Made by a program: the position numbers and the translations under genes
Origin: Sedimentisphaerales bacterium
GTDB lineage: Bacteria > Planctomycetota > Phycisphaerae > Sedimentisphaerales > SM23-30
Direction: 5' to 3'
DNA: 64,000 nt
NCBI GenBank assembly: GCA_963663965.2
Contig: CAXXFK010000028.1
Location: forward strand, 128,001-192,000
Shown: one piece after another, positions 33,639-45,042 of the stretch
How positions within the stretch are numbered: position 1 is the stretch's first letter
Layout: each line of letters opens with the position of its first letter
Notes under the pieces: generated by a model
What the model was told of the DNA's origin: nothing
The model's input: only the letters and a program-made list of their open reading frames with translations
The model's database searches: none

Positions 33639-34502
33639 TTATATCAATATTGCTTTTTTTTCCTGACCGCCCGAATTATAAGGTAGGAAATCGATACCTA
33701 TCAGGGTCTTTATTGAGCTGGCAAATTCCTTTGTCTTTTCAATATTGTCCTGATCATCGTTTATACCTGGAATCAGGGGAGTCCGGATTATTATAGGCTT
33801 GCCGGCATTTGAAATTGTGGAAATATTTTCGAAAATAATTTTATTTTCCACGCCGGTTACTTTTTTATGTATTTCGCTGTTCATATGCTTTACATCGCAT
33901 AGGAACAGGTCGGCAAGTGGTATAATTTCGGCGATCACTTCAGCTGTTGTATAACATGAAGTATCTACCGTACAGTGAATACCTTTATCTTTTAACGCTG
34001 ACAAACAGCTGGCAAGAAATTTGGGTTGGGCCAGCGGTTCTCCGCCGGAAAATGTCACACCTCCGCCAGAGTTATCGTAGAACATTTTATCCTTTTCTGC
34101 TTCAAACAAAACATCATCAACAGAAACTTTTCTACCTGTAATAGCCAGAGCCTGTGTAGGACAGATATCTGCACAATTGCCACAGGCAGTACAGGTCTCT
34201 TTTATATATTCAAAAGGCTTGGCATCGTGTACTGAATCTGTCATACTTTCAGATGGGCATATAGATGCACAGCTTTTGCAATTTATGCAAAAGCCTTTAC
34301 GAAAAGTCAGTTCCGGCTTAAAGCTGATGCTCTCAGGGTTGTGACACCACTGGCAATTTAATGGACATCCTTTTAGAAAAAAAGTTGTCCTTATCCCCGG
34401 TCCATCGTTGATTGCATATCTTTTAATATCAAATATGGTTCCGGTTGTTTTTTTATTAGCGTCTGACTTATTTATACCTTTCTCATTTTCAATGCTGCTC
34501 AT
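33639..34502 (-). CDS. Glycyl-radical enzyme activating protein (radical SAM with ferredoxin-like insert)
   Basis: DGPGIRTTFFLKGCPLNCQWCHNPE; CxxCxxCxxxCP twice; GGVTFSGGEP. Confidence 0.95.
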   Translation of the reverse strand: MSSIENEKGINKSDANKKTTGTIFDIKRYAINDGPGIRTTFFLKGCPLNCQWCHNPESISFKPELTFRKGFCINCKSCASICPSESMTDSVHDAKPFEYIKETCTACGNCADICPTQALAITGRKVSVDDVLFEAEKDKMFYDNSGGGVTFSGGEPLAQPKFLASCLSALKDKGIHCTVDTSCYTTAEVIAEIIPLADLFLCDVKHMNSEIHKKVTGVENKIIFENISTISNAGKPIIIRTPLIPGINDDQDNIEKTKEFASSIKTLIGIDFLPYNSGGQEKKAILI

Positions 34503-34677
34503 CCGCTAGATTATAATGGTTTGATATATTGAAATGCAAATGATAAATAGCTTTGGGAAATGGAGTTACGAGGAATTGACTTCAAGGTAATAAAAAACTG
34601 CCGAAACAGTCAAATGTTTCGGCAGTTGTGGAATATTTTTTATTCATATTTGGGGAATGTGGTTTCTTATTTGAACT

Positions 34678-35184
34678 CTAAAAGTCTACTCCTAGTCCAA
34701 GTATATGTTTTGTATCGGTTGAACCGCTTCCTTCTGCAGGTGACGCATCGTAATCGAATATTGTTTTGAAACTGCCATATATCATCTCGTTGAAACGATA
34801 ACGAAATTCAGAATTAGCTGTCAGATAATAATCTGAGAATTCATTAGAGCTAGGGTAGTACTCAAGTGAGTTCTTGAAGCTTAGTTTGGTATTGATTTGC
34901 CATTTAAGGTTATATGCAAGCCTTAATGATAGTTCATCACTTGTCTCTGCAACATCTTCTACAACATATTTCTCATGTAGTTCTGATATACCAAGGTCTC
35001 CATTTAGAGTAAAATCTTTCTTTTTGTAGAATCTTTTACCTAAACCTAATGTACCTATAATTCTTTGATCAAGATCAGCTATATGGTCAGTTTTATAATT
35101 TGCATCTGCCACTCCATAGACTGTATCTGTGAAGTTATATTCTCGTTTAACACCTGCTGTAAAATATTCTTCAGTTGTAGCATC
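34678..35184 (-). pseudogene. DUF481-like outer-membrane beta-barrel, 5'-truncated at the junction
   Basis: Amphipathic strands ending LGLGVDF; frame stays open to ~35184 (DATTEEYFTAG...) and then runs into unrelated GC-rich sequence with a stop and no start or signal peptide. Confidence 0.7.
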
Positions 35185-35337
35185 ATGCGGCGGCGGATGG
35201 GGGAAGCATCATCGCGGATCAGCGAGGAGTGGTGTCTGGCGGCGGATGTGGCGGGCGTGGAGCAGGCTGTCGCTTATATCCAGAACGGCAGGAAACAACA
35301 AACAAAATCCGGGCATGAGCTAAGGGACCGTCAATAA
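35185..35337 (+). pseudogene. 3' fragment of a probable GT4 glycosyltransferase
   Basis: MRRRMGEASSRISEEW resembles the GT4 C-terminal helix; lies at the head of a polysaccharide locus. Confidence 0.45.
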
Positions 35338-35505
35338 ATAAATACTGCATTTCTCATCCCATCTTGCCGCCATCTTCAGCCGCTTCTCAATCGCAAAATC
35401 CTCGACATAGAACAGCTATGCCTGCGGTTTTGCTCAATCGGCGCGACTGAATCTGACGACAAGCTGGGCGATAAATTGCAGCATTTATTTATTTACAGCC
35501 CCTAA
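35321..35505. mobile_element. MITE-like palindromic element (~185 bp)
   Basis: Imperfect ~60-bp terminal inverted repeats (TAAGGGACCGTCAATAAATAAATACTGCA.. / ..TGCAGCATTTATTTATTTACAGCCCCTAA), an internal hairpin, and TA at both ends. Confidence 0.7.
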
Positions 35506-35526
35506 TCGATCATGCGGGAGACAATT

Positions 35527-36342
35527 ATGGCAGTGGTATCAACCAGGCAGAATCATGGCGGAGAGGTCCGCGAAGTTACTCGAGATAGCTCAAGTACCAC
35601 GGAGGCAACCGGCGCTGCCTCGTATTATACCGATGGCGGCTGGTGGTCCCAGCGGCGTGGCTATCGATCAACCTATAAAGTGCGCTTGGTTATGGAGATG
35701 CTGGGCGATGTCCAGGCGTTTTTCCAGCCGGGTTTTAAGGGCGCTGAGATCGGATGCGGCAATGGTTCGTTTCTGCTGCCATTAGCGGAGGAACTGGATC
35801 GAAATGGTTGTGATTATCAGTTGACCGGTTATGATATCGCCCCGAACGCGATTGCCATGGCCCGGGAGGACAGCGCTGATAACCCGCGTCTTCAGTTTGA
35901 ACTGGGTTCTGCCGACGCGCCGGCGGAGCGATTGGATGCGGTTTTTTTGCTGGATGTCCTGGAGCATGTGGAAAATCCTTATGAATTTTTGCGTCAGGTA
36001 TGCGAAAAGGCGGAGCGGGTGATCGTGCATCTGCCGTTGGAGCAGAGCTGGGCTCATTTGCTTATGAAGCGGCCCAGCCGGTCATTCGAACGGTTCCGTC
36101 ATATTCACTTCTTTTCGTGGACGACGGCAAGGATTTTGTTTGAGGTATGCGGATGCCGGATCGAGCGGTATCAATTTACCGGGGCGACCAGGGAGAGTGT
36201 ACGAATGGCCGGGGGGTGGCATCACCGGTTGATGCGGCGGGTGCGGTATTGGCTGTTTAAATGTCTGCCGGAGTTGACGGTGATGCTGGCGGGCGGGAGT
36301 GTGCTGGCAGAATTAAAACCGAAAGTTAAAAATGATACATAG
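35527..36342 (+). CDS. Class I SAM-dependent methyltransferase
   Basis: AEIGCGNG, GYDIA, DVLEHVENP, HIHFFS. Confidence 0.85.
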   Translation: MAVVSTRQNHGGEVREVTRDSSSTTEATGAASYYTDGGWWSQRRGYRSTYKVRLVMEMLGDVQAFFQPGFKGAEIGCGNGSFLLPLAEELDRNGCDYQLTGYDIAPNAIAMAREDSADNPRLQFELGSADAPAERLDAVFLLDVLEHVENPYEFLRQVCEKAERVIVHLPLEQSWAHLLMKRPSRSFERFRHIHFFSWTTARILFEVCGCRIERYQFTGATRESVRMAGGWHHRLMRRVRYWLFKCLPELTVMLAGGSVLAELKPKVKNDT

Positions 36343-36351
36343 GAGCCAATC

Positions 36352-37186
36352 ATGAATTACTATGATCAGTACCGGGTGAAACCGGATAGCAAGGTGGATT
36401 TATCGCAGTGGGATCCGGGCGACACGCGGGATCTTAAAGATAAGAAGGGGGCGAAAGAAGCCGTAGAAAAAAACGCCAAACGGCTGGCTGAGTTGCAGTA
36501 TCTGTTGTATGCCGAGAATAAGCGGTCGCTGTTGGTTATTTTACAGGCGATGGACGCGGGCGGTAAGGATGGCACGATCCGGCATGTGATGGGGATGCTG
36601 AACCCGCAAGGGTGTCGGGTGTCATCGTTTAAGGCGCCGAACGAGGTGGAGGCAAGTCATGACTTTTTATGGCGGATCCATCACAATGTCCCGAAGCGGG
36701 GCGAAATCGGTATTTTTAACCGGTCGCATTATGAAGATGTGCTGATTGTCCGGGTGCATGATCTGGTCGAGAAAGAGGTCTGGTCGAAGCGGTACGATCA
36801 GATCAATGATTTTGAAAAAACTTTGACTGAGAGTGGTGTGCCATCTATTGAAATTCTATCTGCATATCAGTCCGGAAGAGCAGTTGAAGCGGTTTCGGGA
36901 TCGGGTGGATCAGCCGGAGAAACACTGGAAACTGTCGCCGGGCGATTTTCAGGAGCATCAATACTGGAAGGATTACATGAAAGCATTCGAGGCGGCGCTG
37001 GAAAAATGTTCGACAAAACACGCACCGTGGTTTATTGTGCCGGCGAATAAGAAATGGTATCGCAACCTGGTGGTATCGGAGATTATTAAAGAGACACTGG
37101 AAGGGCTGGATATGCGGTATCCGCAGCCGAAGCATGATGTTGAAGGGTTGCGGAAGGAACTGGACGCATTGGAAGCGGCGTTGTAG
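36352..37186 (+). pseudogene. ppk2: Polyphosphate kinase 2 family protein, frameshift near 36840
   Basis: QAMDAGGKDG, HDFLWR and FNRSHYEDV in one frame; LKFYLHIS..WKLSPGD..APWFIVPANKKWYR in the next. Confidence 0.88.
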
Positions 37187-37328
37187 GGACTTCTTCTTGT
37201 ATTTTTCAGGTAGACCCATCGGGTAATGAAATGCCTGATCGCCGGCAAGCTGAGTTTTTACTCGTAAAAAGTTATTTCACGGCTAAGCCGTCGGTATTAA
37301 TCGTTTATGGTATATTCAAGAGGTGTTG

Positions 37329-38578
37329 TTAAGGTTTGATAAATATATCCCAGGGGATCGCATAGTCATTTTCTGATAGTGGCAAAATTTTGTCAGTAGG
37401 AGCGATGACTATCCCTTTGGCGATATTTAATTGAGGATACGTATTTCTGAAAGCGGTAAGGCCGCTGGTGTCCTGACGAGTCAGCCGGCTTTTTGACTTG
37501 ATTTCAATTGGATAAAAAACTCCGTCTCTTTCCAGGATTATATCCACTTCGGCTTGTCGAATCGTTCGCCAATGGTACATGATTGGCGGCATGGACATTG
37601 TGGAACACTGTTTACGAATTTCGCTGACGACAGCGGTTTCGAATAACGCTCCCCAGAGCGGATGGGATGGGACTGCTTGCGGAGATGATATAGCCTGAGC
37701 TGAACAGGCAATGCCGGTATCGGCAATAAAGCCTTTGGGCTTGCCGGTGATTCGCTTGATAGTATTGCCGGAGTACGCCGGTATTTCAAACCACTGGAAA
37801 GTGGCCCGTCAGCATATTAAGCCAGCGTTTTTGAGGTTTGGGGATTCAAACCCAATTCGCGTCCCAGTTGACTGTAATTGATTTCCTGGGCCGTGAGTGC
37901 AGCGGTTAAACGGACGAAACGGCCAAATTGCTGCCAGTCCGAGACATCAGCTAGAAGCCGGACATCCCGTTCGATATAAGTTCGAAGATAGGCATAATGA
38001 AATTCACCTATTGTTTCCAAAGGGAGAAAGCGCGCTTCAGGCAAAAAACCCCGCCAGATGATTTCATAAAGAGGTATGTCATTATTCAGGCGTTCTGGTT
38101 TGGCTTCTAATAATTTGTTCAGGCTGAGTCAACCAGAGTTCCAGCCAGGATTTCTCGATATGGGTTTGGTGTCATTTCGGAAAGACTGAAACCTTCCAGA
38201 TCGATAAAAACTGCCCGGCCTGCCAGACTTTCGGCAATTGATTTCAGGACACTCCATTGTTGTGAACCGGTTTAAAATATATTGCCCGGAAATTCTATTC
38301 TGATCGATACGCCGTTTGAGAGCCGGGACCAACTCTGGGGCGTATTGAATTTCATCGAGGATTAATGGCTTTTTAAGGTGATTATCCAGAAAGAGTTCAG
38401 GATCCTGTCTGGCGTTTTCAATATCGATGACCGGATCGAAAACCAACATGTCGGCATCAGGAAATGAGTTTCGAACCAGGGTGCTTTTTCCGACCTGTCT
38501 TGCGCCTGTAATGACTACGGCCGGGAAGGTCTTAACTAGTTTAAGCAGTTTATTTGTTATCATTCTTCTGATATACAT
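37329..38578 (-). pseudogene. AAA_14 ATPase with DUF4143 domain, several frameshifts
   Basis: ITGARQVGKST, LDEIQYAP, YLRTYIERDV and EVDIILE..PIEIKS spread over several frames. Confidence 0.85.
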
Positions 38579-38800
38579 ATGTAGTATTTTAGTGATGTCG
38601 TCATTAAAATACTACATAAATCAATCTGTTTTGTTAAAATAGGGAAAATTTGCCAAGAAAAATCATCAAGATTGGTTATTGGACGTAAATATTCAGTGGT
38701 TTTACCATTTTTTTCTTAATTATTTGTAAATAAAATAGATATGTTGTATTGAATGTTTCGATGGTTGAAAAAACTTTTAAGATGAAAATGTATCAGTAAT

Positions 38801-40192
38801 ATGGCAGATAAGAGATCGTTTGAGATGTTTTGTTGTCATAAGACGCAGAATTTTGCGTCTTATAGTCAATGTGTGTCGGTGGAAAGCCCGGCGGTGTTGG
38901 CGGAGGGGGTGCGTGAGGTGTTTTCGGACGCGGGGGCCGATGCGGCATTTTTTTGGTTATTATGACAAATCGCCGATCGGGGCGGATGGCCGGTCGCTGT
39001 TGTGTCACCGGGTGGATTTTGACGGGCGGCTGCCGGGGGTGGAGGATCGGGCGGAAATAGGCCGGTATGACCCTGGATACGGGAGAGTATACGGCGCTGG
39101 CCGAGACGCGGTGTTTTACACTGGCAGCAGGGGGCCATGCTGCAATGGCTGGGGCCGGATTTCGCGGAGGCGGATTATTTATAATGATCTGGTGGATGGG
39201 GAGTACCGGGCGGTGGTCCTGGATCTGGTTGATGGCAGTCGGCGGGTACTTTGCCGGCCGGTGTATCATGTACGGGGGGGATGGTAAGGCGGCGGTGACG
39301 CTGGATTTCCGGCGGTTGTACTGGGCGCGGGCGAGCTATGCTTATAGCCAGATTGAAGATGAATCCCGGAAAGGGCAGGCGCCGGAAGGAGATGGGATTG
39401 AGTGGGTGGATCTGGAAAGCGACCAGAGCCGGATGCTGATATCGACCCGGGACTTGATGGCGTTTGGGCCGATGGCGAGTATGCCGGAAGGGGATCATTA
39501 TCTTGAGCATCTGATGTTCAGTCCGGATGGGAAGCGGGTGGCGTTTTATCATCGCTGGACGCGGCCGGGCGGCGGGTGGTGGACACGGTTATTTACCATG
39601 GACAGCGAGGGCGGCGGGTTGTATTTGTATCCGGATTCGGGGTGTTATTCGCATGGCTGCTGGCGGAACGATCACCAGGTATTGTACTGGTGCCGGCAGC
39701 AGAACACCTGGTCAAAACTGCGGGCGCGGGATGGCTGGATACGCAGGCTGTTGACACCGGTGTTGCTGTTGAATCGTAAGTTGGGGAGAGTGGGTTATGG
39801 TGCGGCAGGCGCGGTCGAGTGTGAGCGGGTTTGGCTATACCCTGTTTAACGACACAGATCGCAACAAAGCGGTTGAGATGACGATCCCGTTGAATGAGGA
39901 TGGTCATTGTACGTTTCGGCCGGGCGATGAGAATCTGTTTGTGACAGATACTTATCCGAAAAAGGGGGTCGGACAGAAACTGCTGCTGGGTGATTTGCGG
40001 ACCAGACGACTGGTTGAACTGGGAACGTTTTATTGTCCGGAAGCATTTATGGAAAAAGGGTATCGATGCGATTTGCATCCGAGATGGGATCTGGCGGGGA
40101 ACCGGATCTGTATCGATACGTTGATGGATGGGACGAGGCAAATTGTGGTTTATGATGTGTCGGAGGTTGTAAAGCGAATCAGACATCAATAA
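38801..40192 (+). pseudogene. Beta-propeller (TolB/oligogalacturonate-lyase-like) protein of a polysaccharide locus, frameshifted
   Basis: HFFGYYDKSP, HLMFSPDGKR, DGHCTF, TDTYP and RCDLHPRW across three or more frames. Confidence 0.65.
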
Positions 40193-40267
40193 GGGATGGA
40201 GAGAAATGGAGGTCGTGACAACATGATTGGCATTCTTGAATGATAACACGAAAGCAAGGAGTTTAAG

Positions 40268-41466
40268 ATGAAAGTACTGGCGATCTTTCCGGGATATGAA
40301 CCGGCCTGGGCCTTTGGCGGGGTGGCGCGATCAGGCGGGCGGTTGTGCCGGGCATTGGCGAGTGAAGGAGTGGATGTGACGGTCTATACGACGAATCTGA
40401 ATGGCGCCGGCGGGACGCTGGATATGGCTGTGCGTCAGCCGGTGGATCGAGGGGGGGGTGACGGTGTGGTATTTTCCGGCCTTGTTCGACCAGGTGTTTC
40501 ACGCGCCGGCATTGACGGAACATTTGCAACGAACGGTGGGTGAGTTCGATCTGATTTATATCGCGGCGGCGTGGCAATGGCTGGGGATCGAGGCGGCGCG
40601 GATCGCGCGCCGGGCGGGTGTGCCCTATGTGGTGGCGCCGCGCGGGTCGCTGCACCCTTCGACACTGTCGGAGCGGCCGTTACGAAAATGGCTGTTTCGC
40701 AAGCTGTTTTTTAATGACTGTTTGCGGTACGCGGCGACGATCCATTATACCACGGATTATGAGCAGCGGCTGGCCGGCCGGACGTTGGGGCCGCATCGGT
40801 CGTATGTGGTGGCGAATCCGCTGGATGAGACGCTGTTTGAGGTGGATGAGACGCGACAGGAGGCGTTGCGTCAGACGGCGCGGCAACGCTGGCGACTGGA
40901 AGATGATATGCCGGTGGTGCTGACAGTGGTGCGGCCGGATCCGGTGAAGCGGTTGGATATTTTATTGGACGCGCTGGAGGCGGTGGTGCGGACCTGGGGT
41001 GAGGTTGTCTCTGGTTGTGGTTGGTGATGACCAGGCGGACTATCTGCTGGAGATGAAAGGGTATGCGGCCAGGATCGGCGTGGCGGAGCAGGTGATCTGG
41101 TCCGGGATACGCACGGAAGAGGATTTGCTGGCGGAATATTTCGGCGCGGACCTGTTTGTGATGACCAGCGCGCATGAGAATTTTTCAAACGCAACGGCTG
41201 AAGCGATGGCGCTGGGATTGCCGGTAGTGGTGTCGGGACGATGCGGAATCGCGCGTGATGTGCGGCGGCGGCATGCCGGGCGGGTTGTGCCGCTGGATGG
41301 CATGGCAACGGCGCAGGCGATCCGGTCGATTTTCAGTGAGCCGGCGGTCTATGAACAATTGAGCGAAAACGCGGAAGAAGCGGCGATTGAGTTGTATCGG
41401 CCGGAGGAGATTGCGGGGCGGACGATGGATGAATTTGAAGAGGTGATTGGTTATAAGAGGAGATAA
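40268..41466 (+). pseudogene. GT4 glycosyltransferase, frameshifted
   Basis: GGVAR, VPYVVAPRGSL, KRLDILL, ENFSNATAEAMALGLPVV across three frames. Confidence 0.85.
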
Positions 41467-41467
41467 A

Positions 41468-42403
41468 ATGGCACTGGATGAAGAAAGTGATAAGGCAATA
41501 AAACCACATTGGCTGGTCTTATGTAATGGCGTGATCGTAATGGTTTTGTGCGGGATTCTGGTCTGGGGAAGTGCTTATGAATCCGGGAAGATGAGTAATG
41601 TATTTGTTCTTTGCGGATCTTTAATTATTATCCCGGTGATGATTATTCTGGCCACGAAACAGTTTGACAGTATTCATCGGCGCAATCCTGACCCGGCTCG
41701 ATTTGCTAACCGGATTTATATTATTATTGCGGTCTTTAGTATTTTTGCTTTTGTTTCTAATTTGATTGAGGGCATTCGTGATGAAGGGTTCAGTATTGAT
41801 TACCTGATATACTACTTAAGGAACATTGGTTTATGGTTTATCGGGGTCTTTGCTTATGCTTTATTTTGTATTATTGTCAATTTGAGGTGGACAGTTAAAC
41901 TTGAGCAGGGTGATGGTGTTCGTGATTGCGCATATTCGATCATCTGTAAACCCAGAAGATATCGATTGATCTGGGCGTTCTATGCTGTTTTAGCTTTTTC
42001 GGGTTTTCTTGCCGGTCATCTTGTGGGTGAGGATATTCGGTTTGCCGAACATGTGGATCGGGTAAACTGGTTGCCTGAGACGGCTTCAAATATTTCCTAT
42101 CATTTTATTCGAGATATGACTGCCTATGAATTTGATATTCAGAAAGAGGACTTTCTGGAATTAGCCAAAAGCAGATTCTGGAAGGTGTCTGAAATTACGG
42201 AGCCATTCACGATAAAACGGTATACTTGGGTAGGGAATCTAATCAACCAATCGGAAATTGATTTATCAGTGATCGATCAGGAAAATTGCTGGGTTGTGTT
42301 GGATCAGGGTTATTATTATGAGAAACAAAGTGGAGCTGACTTCACTGCTGTTGGCTATGATTTTCTGAAAGGGCGAGCTTATTACTGTGGGTGGCATGAG
42401 TAG
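41468..42403 (+). CDS. Hypothetical membrane protein (about 5 TM helices plus a soluble C-terminal domain)
   Basis: Intact ORF with several hydrophobic segments; visibly more AT-rich than its neighbours. Confidence 0.7.
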   Translation: MALDEESDKAIKPHWLVLCNGVIVMVLCGILVWGSAYESGKMSNVFVLCGSLIIIPVMIILATKQFDSIHRRNPDPARFANRIYIIIAVFSIFAFVSNLIEGIRDEGFSIDYLIYYLRNIGLWFIGVFAYALFCIIVNLRWTVKLEQGDGVRDCAYSIICKPRRYRLIWAFYAVLAFSGFLAGHLVGEDIRFAEHVDRVNWLPETASNISYHFIRDMTAYEFDIQKEDFLELAKSRFWKVSEITEPFTIKRYTWVGNLINQSEIDLSVIDQENCWVVLDQGYYYEKQSGADFTAVGYDFLKGRAYYCGWHE

Positions 42404-43138
42404 TATGAATGGAGTAGTGTCGCCGTATCTGCCGAGGCGGCGAAGTGGGTTCGTACAGTGGGTACTGGACTGCAAATACGCGTTGGTGTATCGGGTATGG
42501 AAGCAGTGGATTGTGCGGTATTGCCGGGAACGCGGGATTGATGTGAGGCAGTTGAAACTGTTGGAGGTGGGGTGCGGACCGGGGAATCTGGTGGTGTGGC
42601 TGGCGCGCTGGTTTCGGGGGGCTGAGATCAAGGCCGTGGATGCGGATCCACATTTGCTGGCATATGCGGCCGGGCGGGTGCGCGGGGTGAAATTTGAGAA
42701 GGCGGACGCGTGCGGTCTGGAGGAATGGGATAACAGTTATGATATTGTGGTGTGTTTGCAGGTGATTGAGCATCTGGTTGAGCCGGGACGCGTTTTTTAC
42801 GGCGGGCGGTGGATTGTTTGAAGCCGGGTGGGATGCTGTTGATGGCAACGCCCAATCCGGAGGGCTGGGCGGCGCAGCGGTTGGAAGAAGCGGTGGCAGG
42901 GGATACGGCCAGACCATATTTCAGTGTATGGGCCGGGGCAATGGCGGGAGATGCTGGCAGGGGTTGGATTTGAGATGGTGGATGAGGGGGACTACGTTGT
43001 TTAACGGGATGCCGGTGATTGGGCGGTTTCCGCTGGGATTGCCGTTTTTACTGGCGCAGGCGGCGTTCGGGTATTTTCACTGGTGGCGGGGGTGAGAGTT
43101 ATATGGCGGTGGCGCGCAAGCCGGTTGGGTCGGATTGA
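42396..43138 (+). pseudogene. Class I SAM-dependent methyltransferase, frameshifted
   Basis: LLEVGCGPG, AVDAD and QVIEHL, then LKPGG..ATPN..PDHIS in shifted frames. Confidence 0.8.
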
Positions 43139-44278
43139 TGGCGATGAAGCAGTGTGTGATTGTCAGTTTGAAATACGCACCGGGTTTGTTTAAAGAGTTT
43201 CGATTGTTGGGGAAGAAGCTGGCGGAGTTGGGGTGCCAGGTGCGCTATCTGCTGGCGGAAGGGTATCGAGAGCAGACTGACAGAGCTGGGTGAAGGGGCG
43301 TGCGAATTTTTTTTGCGGGGGGCGGACAATGGGGGATCTGGTCTGGGAGGCGAGTTGGGTTGGGGAGAGGGCGAGCCGGTATCTGTGGTGCCGGGGGCTG
43401 TTTCTGGAAGCGGCGCCCGGATTTTGTGTGCTGCCTATAATACCCATCCAGCTGAACGCGATGGTGTCGCGGTTGGCGTCTGAGGCACGGCCGGATGGGG
43501 TGGCGGGCGATTTTTTTGCATGAGCCGGCCAAGCCGGGCCACGCCGCGTATGGCTGGAGGCAGCGGGCGTTGTTTGGGGCGGTGGCATGGATGCAGCGGC
43601 GGGCGTTGCGGTATGCGAGTGATGTCATCGTGCCGTCGCAGGTGGCGCGGGAACGGTTGGAGGCTGGCGGTATTCGGTTTAGTGGACGGGTGCATGAATG
43701 CCGGTTGCTGCTGGAAGATATCGAGGTGACGGAAGCGGGGCCGCGGCGATACTTCAGTATGGTGGGGCGGTTTTAACGCGACCAAGCCGCTGGATGCGTT
43801 TATCCGAGTGATTAACGAGTCAGCCAGGCGGGGATTTGGTTATGAATTTCAGATTGTGACGGCGAGCGAGATTGGGCGTTGGGTGGGGGAGTTGACGCCT
43901 GATGGGCGGGCGCGGACACGGATTGTTAATCCGGCGGTGTTGAGCGATGAGGCCATTGCCCGGGCGTTGAAGGAAAGTGTAGCGGTGCTGTGTCTGCATG
44001 CGAATGTGACCCAGAGCGGGGTGATTCCGATGGCGCTGATGCAGGGAACGCCGGTGATGGTGCGGGATGAGGCGGGCTTGACACAGCATGTGCTGGAGGG
44101 CGAGACGGGGAAGGTGGTTGGTGGAGAGTTGGAGCCGGAGGAATTACTTGCGGCGATGGCAGCGGTGGAGGGGAATCAACCGGCGATGTCAGCGGCGGCG
44201 CGGCGGGTGTATGAGGCGGAATTTGATGCGGGTTGCTGGGCAGGCCAGTATGGATGGCTGATTGATTTGTTGGGGTAA
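43138..44278 (+). pseudogene. Glycosyltransferase (GT-B/GT4-like), frameshifted
   Basis: FLHEP, VIVPS and TQSGVIPMALMQGTPVMV across frames. Confidence 0.7.
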
Positions 44279-44417
44279 TAGGTGGAAATTACACGTTTAT
44301 CTGGGATGTCAATATTCAGTCATATTACTGTAAAGACTTATTTAAGAATGAGATATGTATTTTTAATGTTAGGAGTGTCTGGCAGTTTGGAAAATTCGAA
44401 TTTTTAGATAAATCGCC

Positions 44418-44445
44418 TTGACAAATAGTGCGATTGTATTAATAT
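44418..44445 (+). promoter_or_regulatory. Sigma70-type promoter for tRNA-Asn
   Basis: TTGACA (44418-44423), 16-nt spacer, TAATAT (44440-44445), about 40 nt upstream of the tRNA. Confidence 0.55.
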
Positions 44446-44487
44446 ATTGGTTCTCTGAACAAAATTTCAGAGCGAAAAAGTAAATAT

Positions 44488-44560
44488 TCCCTGATAGCTC
44501 AATTGGTAGAGCGAGCGGCTGTTAACCGCTAGGTTCCAGGTTCGAGCCCTGGTCGGGGAG
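44488..44560 (+). tRNA. tRNA-Asn (GTT), CCA not encoded
   Basis: Acceptor TCCCTGA/TCGGGGA plus G; D-arm GCTC..GAGC; anticodon arm AGCGG-CTGTTAA-CCGCT; T-loop GGTTCGAGCC. Confidence 0.97.
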
Positions 44561-44567
44561 TTTTTAT

Positions 44568-44605
44568 AAGGCCTTGTAAAAAAGTGTTTTACGAGGCCTT
44601 TTTTT
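44568..44605 (+). terminator. Terminator hairpin after tRNA-Asn
   Basis: AAGGCCTTGTAAAA...TTTTACGAGGCCTT plus a T-run. Confidence 0.8.
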
Positions 44606-44761
44606 GTATCTTTATTACTAATGGATCTGCTAGAAACAGCTGCAAACCGCTGTTAAACGCTCTATTCTGCTGCAAAATCTGCTGCAAGTTTAATCTTCAC
44701 TTTTTACCCATAGACAGGTTTTAGAACAATTAAAGTTTTCTGATAGACTTTGTTTGTATGG

Positions 44762-45041
44762 CTTAGGGTGCAAAAATTATTATCCTATAATTTACTTATA
44801 AGCAGACACTTAAAGAACGTTCGGATGAACATAATTGCGGTTTTTTTGCTGATTTGATAGACTTTTGGGACTATGAAACAGCGGATATGGATCACCCTTG
44901 CGACGTATATTGCCTACTGCATCAATAAAGAACTCTATCAGGCGATTGAGTATCTCAAAACTCAGGTGGAAGTCTTGATTGAACAACAAGAGCAACAGAA
45001 CAAACGCATTCTGTTGACCAATCCTCAACGGACAAGAATGG
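44762..45041 (+). mobile_element. Truncated 5' end of an integrase-core (IS481-like) element
   Basis: MKQRIWITLATYIAYCINKELYQAIEYL.. is paralogous to the N-terminus of 45252-46331, and the upstream non-coding DNA also aligns; cut off by the next element. Confidence 0.8.
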
Positions 45042-45042
45042 C

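Noticed and set aside
36830..36850. Programmed frameshift in ppk2
   Set aside because: No slippery site at the break, and neighbouring genes show the same indel pattern, pointing to sequence error.
38793..44089. Many Pro/Arg-rich minus-strand ORFs
   Set aside because: Shadow ORFs opposite GC-rich plus-strand genes.
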